Below the pieces are notes generated by a model that saw only the letters and a list, made by a program, of their open reading frames with translations, ran no database searches and was not told the DNA's origin. From Auanema rhodensis (Eukaryota > Animalia > Nematoda): 64,000 nt of DNA. Positions within the stretch are counted from its first letter, which is position 1; each line of letters starts with the position of its first letter. Location: positions 1,364,001-1,428,000 of the forward strand of contig OZ059897.1 of the NCBI GenBank assembly GCA_964057225.1. Direction: 5' to 3'. A program made the position numbers and the translations under genes. Below are positions 1 through 10,764 of this stretch, piece by piece.

Positions 1-9
1 AAAATCGAG

Positions 10-31
10 GATATAAGTGTGAACTTATATC
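10..31. other. Intra-monomer inverted repeat 1 (9-bp arms, 4-nt loop), present in nearly every copy
   Basis: GATATAAGT-gtga-ACTTATATC. Confidence 0.9.
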
Positions 32-122
32 AGTTGATATCTCGGTGCATTTTCAAGCTAACTCAAATCTGATAACACAGATCGACGCAGCTTAAAAATC
101 CGTTTCGAATGCACTATACTAC

Positions 123-139
123 ATTGAGAAACGCTCAAT
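123..139. other. Intra-monomer inverted repeat (6-bp arms, 5-nt loop)
   Basis: ATTGAG-aaacg-CTCAAT. Confidence 0.8.
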
Positions 140-182
140 ACAAAAATTATTTATGATTGTTTGAAAAAAGATGCATTAGTGT

Positions 183-210
183 ATGTTGAGTTTCCATGTA
201 CACTCAACAT
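183..210. other. Intra-monomer inverted repeat (9-bp arms, 10-nt loop), nearly invariant across copies
   Basis: ATGTTGAGT-ttccatgtac-ACTCAACAT. Confidence 0.9.
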
Positions 211-3200
211 TGCTTCCAAAAACATTTTGACAAAAATTTTCCCGAAAAATTTCAAGATAATTTTGCGGAAAGTAGATGTTTTTAGATTTCTTTTCTTAAG
301 GCGAAGACGATGGACAATGTTATTCAACGAAAAAATTAATTCTTCAGGGTGAAAATCGAGGATTTAAGTGTGAACTTATATCAGTTGATATCTCGGTGAA
401 TTTTTAAGCTAGCGCAAATCTGATAACACAGATCGACGCAGCTTAAAAATCCGCATCGAATGCATTATACTACATTGGAAAACGCTCAATACAAAAATTA
501 TTTATGATTGTTTGAAAAAAGATGCATTAGTGTATGTTGAGTTTCCATGTACACTCAACATTGCTTCCAAAAACATTTTGACAAAAATTTTCCCGAAAAA
601 TTTCAAAATAATTTTACAAAAACTAGATGTTTTTAGATTCCTTTTTTTAAGGCGAAAACGATGGACAATGTTATTCAACGAAAAAATTGATTCTTCAGGG
701 TGAAAATCGAGGATATAAGTGTGAACTTATATCAGTTGATATCTCGGTGCATTTTTAAGCTAGCGCAAATCTGATAACACAGATCGACGCAGTTTAAAAA
801 TCCGCATCGAATGCATTATACTACATTGGAAAACGCTCAATACAAAAATTATTTATGATTGTTTGAAAAAAGATGCATTAGTGTATGTTGAGTTTCCATG
901 TACACTCAACATTGCTTCCAAAAACATTTTGACAAAAATTTTCCCGAAAAATTTCAAGATAATTTTACAAAAACTAGATGTTTTTAGATTCCTTTTTTCA
1001 AGGCAAAGACGATGGACAATGTTATTCAACGAAAAAATTAATTCTTCAGGGTGAAAATCGAGGATATAAGTGTGAACTTATATCAGTTGATATCTCGGTG
1101 CATTTTCAAGCTAACTCAAATCTGATAACACAGATCGACGCAGCTTAAAAATCCGTTTCGAATGCACTATACTACATTGAGAAACGCTCAATACAAAAAT
1201 TATTTATGATTGTTTGAAAAAAGATGCATTAGTGTATGTTGAGTTTCCATGTACACTCAACATTGCTTCCAAAAACATTTTGACTAAAATTTTCCCGAAA
1301 AATTTCAAGATAATTTTACAAAAACTAGATGTTTTTAGATTCCTTTTTTTAAGGCGAAAACGATGGACAATGTTATTCAACGAAAAAATTGATTCTTCAG
1401 GGTGAAAATCGAGGATATAAGTGTGAACTTATATCAGTTGATATCTCGGTGCATTTTTAAGCTAACTCAAATCTGATAACACAGATCGACGCAGCTTAAA
1501 AATCCGTTTCGAATGCACTATACTACATTGAGAAACGCTCAATACAAAAATTATTTATGATTGTTTGAAAAAAGATGCATTAGTGTATGTTGAGTTTCCA
1601 TGTACACTCAACATTGCTTCCAAAAACATTTTGACAAAAATTTTCCCGAAAAATTTCAAGATAATTTTACAAAAACTAGATGTTTTTAGATTCCTTTTTT
1701 TAAGGCGAAAACGATGGACAATGTTATTCAACGAAAAAATTGATTCTTCAGGGTGAAAATCGAGGATATAAGTGTGAACTTATATCAGTTGATATCTCGG
1801 TGCATTTTTAAGCTAACTCAAATCTGATAACACAGATCGACGCAGCTTAAAAATCCGTTTCGAATGCACTATACTACATTGAGAAACGCTCAATACAAAA
1901 ATTATTTATGATTGTTTGAAAAAAGATGCATTAGTGTATGTTGAGTTTCCATGTACACTCAACATTGCTTCCAAAAACATTTTGACAAAAATTTTCCCGA
2001 AAAATTTCAAGATAATTTTACAAAAACTAGATGTTTTTAGATTCCTTTTTTTAAGGCGAAAACGATGGACAATGTTATTCAACGAAAAAATTGATTCTTC
2101 AGGGTGAAAATCGAGGATATAAGTGTGAACTTATATCAGTTGATATCTCGGTGCATTTTTAAGCTAGCGCAAATCTGATAACACAGATCGACGCAGTTTA
2201 AAAATCCGCATCGAATGCATTATACTACATTGGAAAACGCTCAATACAAAAATTATTTATGATTGTTTGAAAAAAGATGCATTAGTGTATGTTGAGTTTC
2301 CATGTACACTCAACATTGCTTCCAAAAACATTTTGACAAAAATTTTCCCGAAAAATTTCAAGATAATTTTACAAAAACTAGATGTTTTTAGATTCCTTTT
2401 TTCAAGGCAAAGACGATGGACAATGTTATTCAACGAAAAAATTAATTCTTCAGGGTGAAAATCGAGGATATAAGTGTGAACTTATATCAGTTGATATCTC
2501 GGTGCATTTTCAAGCTAACTCAAATCTGATAACACAGATCGACGCAGCTTAAAAATCCGTTTCGAATGCACTATACTACATTGAGAAACGCTCAATACAA
2601 AAATTATTTATGATTGTTTGAAAAAAGATGCATTAGTGTATGTTGAGTTTCCATGTACACTCAACATTGCTTCCAAAAACATTTTGACTAAAATTTTCCC
2701 GAAAAATTTCAAGATAATTTTACAAAAACTAGATGTTTTTAGATTCCTTTTTTTAAGGCGAAAACGATGGACAATGTTATTCAACGAAAAAATTGATTCT
2801 TCAGGGTGAAAATCGAGGATATAAGTGTGAACTTATATCAGTTGATATCTCGGTGCATTTTTAAGCTAACTCAAATCTGATAACACAGATCGACGCAGCT
2901 TAAAAATCCGTTTCGAATGCACTATACTACATTGAGAAACGCTCAATACAAAAATTATTTATGATTGTTTGAAAAAAGATGCATTAGTGTATGTTGAGTT
3001 TCCATGTACACTCAACATTGCTTCCAAAAACATTTTGACAAAAATTTTCCCGAAAAATTTCAAGATAATTTTACAAAAACTAGATGTTTTTAGATTCCTT
3101 TTTTTAAGGCGAAAACGATGGACAATGTTATTCAACGAAAAAATTGATTCTTCAGGGTGAAAATCGAGGATATAAGTGTGAACTTATATCAGTTGATATC

Positions 3201-6200
3201 TCGGTGCATTTTTAAGCTAACTCAAATCTGATAACACAGATCGACGCAGCTTAAAAATCCGTTTCGAATGCACTATACTACATTGAGAAACGCTCAATAC
3301 AAAAATTATTTATGATTGTTTGAAAAATGATGCATTAGTGTATGTTGCGTTTCCATGTACACTCAACATTGCTTCCAAAAACATTTTGACAAAAATTTTC
3401 CCGAAAAATTTCAAGATAATTTTACAAAAAGTAGATGTTTTTAGATTTCTTTTTTTAAGGCAAAGACGATGGACAATGTTATTCAACGAAAAAATTAATT
3501 CTTCAGGGTGAAAATCGAGGATATAAGTGTGAACTTATATCAGTTGATATCTCTTTGCATTTTTAAGCTAACGCAAATCTGATAACACAGATCGTCGCAG
3601 CTTAAAAATCCGCTTCGAATGCACTATACTACATTGAGAAACGCTCAATACAAAAATTATTTATGATTGTTTGAAAAAAGATGCATTAGTGTATGTTGAG
3701 TTTCCATGTACACTCAACATTGCTTCCAAAAACATTTTGACAAAAATTTTCCCGAAAAATTTCAAGATAATTTTACAAAAACTAGATGTTTTTAGATTCC
3801 TTTTTTTAAGGCGAAAACGATGGACAATGTGATTCAACGAAAAAATTGATTCTTCAGGGTGAAAATCGAGGATATAAGTGTGAACTTATATCAGTTGATA
3901 TCTCGGTGCATTTTTAAGCTAACTCAAATCTGATAACACAGATCGACGCAGCTTAAAAATCCGTTTCGAATGCACTATACTACATTGAGAAACGCTCAAT
4001 ACAAAAATTATTTATGATTGTTTGAAAAAAGATGCATTAGTGTATGTTGAGTTTCCATGTACACTCAACATTGCTTCCAAAAACATTTTGACAAAAATTT
4101 TCCCGAAAAATTTCAAGATAATTTTACAAAAACTAGATGTTTTTAGATTCCTTTTTTCAAGGCAAAGACGATGGACAATGTTATTCAACGAAAAAATTAA
4201 TTCTTCAGGGTGAAAATCGAGGATATAAGTGTGAACTTATATCAGTTGATATCTCGGTGCATTTTTAAGCTAACTCAAATCTGATAACACAGATCGACGC
4301 AGCTTAAAAATCCGTTTCGAATGCACTATACTACATTGAGAAACGCTCAATACAAAAATTATTTATGATTGTTTGAAAAATGATGCATTAGTGTATGTTG
4401 AGTTTCCATGTACACTCAACATTGCTTCCAAAAACATTTTGACAAAAATTTTCCCGAAAAATTTCAAGATAATTTTACAAAAACTAGATGTTTTTAGATT
4501 CCTTTTTTTAAGGCAAAAACGATGGACAATGTTATTCAACGAAAAAATTGATTCTTCAGGGTGAAAATCGAGGATATAAGTGTGAACTTATATCAGTTGA
4601 TATCTCGGTGCATTTTTAAGCTAACTCAAATCTGATAACACAGATCGACGCAGCTTAAAAATCCGTTTCGAATGCACTATACTACATTGAGAAACGCTCA
4701 ATACAAAAATTATTTATGATTGTTTGAAAAATGATGCATTAGTGTATGTTGCGTTTCCATGTACACTCAACATTGCTTCCAAAAACATTTTGACAAAAAT
4801 TTTCCCGAAAAATTTCAAGATAATTTTACAAAAAGTAGATGTTTTTAGATTTCTTTTTTTAAGGCAAAGACGATGGACAATGTTATTCAACGAAAAAATT
4901 AATTCTTCAGGGTGAAAATCGAGGATATAAGTGTGAACTTATATCAGTTGATATCTCTTTGCATTTTTAAGCTAACGCAAATCTGATAACACAGATCGTC
5001 GCAGCTTAAAAATCCGCTTCGAATGCACTATACTACATTGAGAAACGCTCAATACAAAAATTATTTATGATTGTTTGAAAAAAGATGCATTAGTGTATGT
5101 TGAGTTTCCATGTACACTCAACATTGCTTCCAAAAACATTTTGACAAAAATTTTCCCGAAAAATTTCAAGATAATTTTACAAAAACTAGATGTTTTTAGA
5201 TTCCTTTTTTCAAGGCAAAGACGATGGACAATGTTATTCAACGAAAAAATTAATTCTTCAGGGTGAAAATCGAGGATATAAGTGTGAACTTATATCAGTT
5301 GATATCTCGGTGCATTTTTAAGCTAACTCAAATCTGATAACACAGATCGACGCAGCTTAAAAATCCGTTTCGAATGCACTATACTACATTGAGAAACGCT
5401 CAATACAAAAATTATTTATGATTGTTTGAAAAATGATGCATTAGTGTATGTTGAGTTTCCATGTACACTCAACATTGCTTCCAAAAACATTTTGACAAAA
5501 ATTTTCCCGAAAAATTTCAAGATAATTTTACAAAAACTAGATGTTTTTAGATTCCTTTTTTTAAGGCGAAAACGATGGACAATGTTATTCAACGAAAAAA
5601 TTAATTCTTCAGGGTGAAAATCGAGGATATAAGTGTGAACTTATATCAGTTGATATCTCGGTGCATTTTTAAGCTAACTCAAATCTGATAACACAGATCG
5701 ACGCAGCTTAAAAATCCGTTTCGAATGCACTATACTACATTGAGAAACGCTCAATACAAAAATTATTTATGATTGTTTGAAAAAAGATGCATTAGTGTAT
5801 GTTGAGTTTCCATGTACACTCAACATTTCTTCCAAAAAAATTTGGCAAAAATTTTCCCGAAAAATTTCAAGATAATTTTACAAAAAGTAGATGTTTTTGA
5901 ATTTCTTTTTTTAAGGCAAAAACGATGGACAATGTTATTCAACGAAAAAATTAATTCTTCAGGGTGAAAATCGAGGATATAAGTGTGAACTTATATCAGT
6001 TGATATATCGGTGCATTTTTGAGCTAGCGCAAATCTGATAACACAGATCGACGCAGCTTAAAAATCCGCATCGAATGCACTATCCTACATTGAGAAACGC
6101 TTAATACAAAAATTAGTTATGATTGTTTGAAAAATGATGCATTAGTGTATGTTGCGTTTCCATGTACACTCAACATTGCTTCCAAAAACATTTTGACAAA

Positions 6201-9200
6201 AATTTTCCCGAAAAATTTCAAGATAATTTTACAAAAAGTAGATGTTTTTAGATTTCTTTTTTTAAGGCAAAGACGATGGACAATGTTATTCAACGAAAAA
6301 ATTAATTCTTCAGGGTGAAAATCGAGGATATAAGTGTGAACTTATATCAGTTGATATCTCTTTGCATTTTTAAGCTAACGCAAATCTGATAACACAGATC
6401 GTCGCAGCTTAAAAATCCGCTTCGAATGCACTATACTACATTGAGAAACGCTCAATACAAAAATTATTTATGATTGTTTGAAAAAAGATGCATTAGTGTA
6501 TGTTGAGTTTCCATGTACACTCAACATTGCTTCCAAAAACATTTTGACAAAAATTTTCCCGAAAAATTTCAAGATAATTTTACAAAAACTAGATGTTTTT
6601 AGATTCCTTTTTTTAAGGCGAAAACGATGGACAATGTTATTCAACGAAAAAATTGATTCTTCAGGGTGAAAATCGAGGATATAAGTGTGAACTTATATCA
6701 GTTGATATCTCGGTGCATTTTTAAGCTAACTCAAATCTGATAACACAGATCGACGCAGCTTAAAAATCCGTTTCGAATGCACTATACTACATTGAGAAAC
6801 GCTCAATACAAAAATTATTTATGATTGTTTGAAAAAAGATGCATTAGTGTATGTTGAGTTTCCATGTACACTCAACATTGCTTCCAAAAACATTTTGACA
6901 AAAATTTTCCCAAAAAATTTCAAGATAATTTTACAAAAACTAGATGTTTTTAGATTCCTTTTTTCAAGGCAAAGACGATGGACAATGTTATTCAACGAAA
7001 AAATTAATTCTTCAGGGTGAAAATCGAGGATATAAGTGTGAACTTATATCAGTTGATATCTCGGTGCATTTTTAAGCTAACTCAAATCTGATAACACAGA
7101 TCGACGCAGCTTAAAAATCCGTTTCGAATGCACTATACTACATTGAGAAACGCTCAATACAAAAATTATTTATGATTGTTTGAAAAATGATGCATTAGTG
7201 TATGTTGAGTTTCCATGTACACTCAACATTGCTTCCAAAAACATTTTGACAAAAATTTTCCCGAAAAATTTCAAGATAATTTTACAAAAACTAGATGTTT
7301 TTAGATTCCTTTTTTTAAGGCGAAAACGATGGACAATGTTATTCAACGAAAAAATTAATTCTTCAGGGTGAAAATCGAGGATATAAGTGTGAACTTATAT
7401 CAGTTGATATCTCGGTGCATTTTTAAGCTAACTCAAATCTGATAACACAGATCGACGCAGCTTAAAAATCCGTTTCGAATGCACTATACTACATTGAGAA
7501 ACGCTCAATACAAAAATTATTTATGATTGTTTGAAAAAAGATGCATTAGTGTATGTTGAGTTTCCATGTACACTCAACATTTCTTCCAAAAAAATTTGGC
7601 AAAAATTTTCCCGAAAAATTTCAAGATAATTTTACAAAAAGTAGATGTTTTTGAATTTCTTTTTTTAAGGCAAAAACGATGGACAATGTTATTCAACGAA
7701 AAAATTAATTCTTCAGGGTGAAAATCGAGGATATAAGTGTGAACTTATATCAGTTGATATATCGGTGCATTTTTGAGCTAGCGCAAATCTGATAACACAG
7801 ATCGACGCAGCTTAAAAATCCGCATCGAATGCACTATCCTACATTGAGAAACGCTTAATACAAAAATTAGTTATGCTCGTTTGAAAAATGATTCATTAGT
7901 GTATGTTGAGTTTCCATGTACACTCAACATTGCTTCCAAAAACATTTTCACAAAAATTTTCCCGAAAAATTTCAAGATAATTTTACAAAAAGTAGATGTT
8001 TTTGAATTTCTTTTTTTAAGGCAAAAACGATGGACAATGTTATTCAACGAAAAAATTAATTCTTCAGGGTGAAAATCGAGGATATAAGTGTGAACTTATA
8101 TCAATTGATATCTCGGTGCATTTTTAAGCTAACTCAAATCTGATAACACAGATCGACGCAGCTTAAAAATCCGTTTCGAATGCACTATACTACATTGAGA
8201 AACGCTCAATACAAAAATTATTTATGATTGTTTGAAAAAAGATGCATTAGTGTATGTTGAGTTTCCATGTACACTCAACATTGCTTCCAAAAACATTTTG
8301 ACAAAAATTTTCCCGAAAAATTTCAAGATAATTTTACAAAAAGTAGATGTTTTTGAATTTCTTTTTTTAAGGCAAAAACGATGGACAATGTTATTCAACG
8401 AAAAAATTAATTCTTCAGGGTGAAAATCGAGGATATAAGTGTGAACTTATATCAATTGATATCTCGGTGCATTTTTAAGCTAACTCAAATCTGATAACAC
8501 AGATCGACGCAGCTTAAAAATTCGTTTCGAATGCACTATACTACATTGAGAAACGCTCAATACAAAAATTATTTATGATTGTTTGAAAAAAGATGCATTA
8601 GTGTATGTTGAGTTTCCATGTACACTCAACATTGCTTCCAAAAACATTTTGACAAAAATTTTCCCGAAAAATTTCAAGATAATTTTACAAAAACTAGATG
8701 CTTTTAGATTTCTTTTTTTAAGGCGAAGACGATGGACAATGTTATTCAACGAAAAAATTAATTCTTCAGGGTGAAAATCGAGGATATAAGTGTGAACTTA
8801 TATCAATTGATATCTCGGTGCATTTTTAAGCTAACTCAAATCTGATAACACAGATCGACGCAGCTTAAAAATCCGCATCGAATGCACTATACTACATTGA
8901 GAAACGCTCAATACAAAAATTATTTATGATTGTTTCAAAAATGATGCATTAGTGTATGTTGAGTTTCCATGTACACTCAACATTGCTTCCAAAAACATTT
9001 TGACAAAAATTTTCCCGAAAAATTTCAAGATAATTTTACAAAAACTAGATGTTTTTAGATTCCTTTTTTCAAGGCAAAGACGATGGACAATGTTATTCAA
9101 CGAAAAAATTAATTCTTCAGGGTGAAAATCGAGGATATAAGTGTGAACTTATATCAGTTGATATCTCGGTGAATTTTTAAGCTAACTCAAATCTGATAAC

Positions 9201-10764
9201 ACAGATCGACGCAGCTTAAAAATCCGTTTCGAATGCACTATACTACATTGAGAAACGCTCAATACAAAAATTAGTTATGATCGTTTGAAAAATGATGCAT
9301 TAGTGTATGTTGAGTTTCCATGTACACTCAACATTGCTTCCAAAAACATTTTGACAAAAATTTTCCCGAAAAATTTCAAGATAATTTTACAAAAAGTAGA
9401 TGTTTTTGAATTTCTTTTTTTAAGGCGAAAACGATGGACAATGTTATTCAACGAAAAAATTAATTCTTCAGGGTGAAAATCGAGGATATAAGTGTGAACT
9501 TATATCAGTTGATATCTCGGTGCATTTTTAAGCTAACTCAAATCTGATAACACAGATCGACGCAGCTTAAAAATCCGCATCGAATGCACTAAACTACATT
9601 GAGAAACGCTCAATACAAAAATTATTTATGATTGTTTGAAAAAAGATGCATTAGTGTATGTTGAGTTTCCATGTACACTCAACATTGCTTCCAAAAACAT
9701 TTTGACAAAAATTTTCCCGAAAAATTTCAAGATAATTTTACAGAAACTAGATGTTTTTAGATTCCTTTTTTTAAGGCGAAAACGATGGACAATGTTATTC
9801 AACGAAAAAATTAATTCTTCAGGGTGAAAATCGAGGATATAAGTGTGAACTTATATCAGTTGATATCTCGGTGAATTTTTAAGCTAGCGGAAATCTGACA
9901 ACACAGATCGACGCAGCTTAAAAATCCGCATCGAATGCACTATACTACATTGAGAAACGCTCAATACAAAAATTAGTTATGATCGTTTGAAAAATGATGC
10001 ATTAGTGTATGTTGAGTTTCCATGTACACTCAACATTGCTTCCAAAAACATTTTGACAAAAATTTTCCCGAAAAATTTCAAGATAATTTTACAAAAAGTA
10101 GATGTTTTTGAATTTCTTTTTTTAAGGCGAAAACGATGGACAATGTTATTCAACGAAAAAATTAATTCTTCAGGGTGAAAATCGAGGATATAAGTGTGAA
10201 CTTATATCAGTTGATATCTCGGTGCATTTTTAAGCTAACTCAAATCTGATAACACAGATCGACGCAGCTTAAAAATCCGCATCGAATGCACTAAACTACA
10301 TTGAGAAACGCTCAATACAAAAATTATTTATGATTGTTTGAAAAAAGATGCATTAGTGTATGTTGAGTTTCCATGTACACTCAACATTGCTTCCAAAAAC
10401 ATTTTGACAAAAATTTTCCCGAAAAATTTCAAGATAATTTTACAGAAACTAGATGTTTTTAGATTCCTTTTTTCAAGGCAAAGACGATGGACAATGTTAT
10501 TCAACAAAAAAATTAATTCTTCAGGGTGAAAATCGAGGATATAAGTGTGAACTTATATCAGTTGATATCTCGGTGCATTTTTAAGCTAACTCAAATCTGA
10601 TAACACAGATCGACGCAGCTTAAAAATCCGCATCGAATGCACTATACTACATTGAGAAACGCTCAATACAAAAATTATTTATGATTGTTTGAAAAAAGAT
10701 GCATTAGTGTATGTTGAGTTTCCATGTACACTCAACATTGCTTCCAAAAACATTTTGACAAAAA

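Larger units (their letters stand above)
1..351 (+). repeat. Representative monomer (phase arbitrary), ~68% AT
   Basis: Hand count of this copy: 54 C + 58 G of 351. Contains EcoRV GATATC (36-41), NsiI ATGCAT (171-176) and BsrGI TGTACA (197-202) sites, conserved in most copies. Confidence 0.97.

Noticed and set aside
1-351. Monomer as a dimer of ~175-bp subunits, or as a 5S rDNA, tRNA or snRNA tandem unit
   Set aside because: No visible similarity between the halves, and no recognisable 5S, tRNA cloverleaf or Pol III A/B-box motifs.
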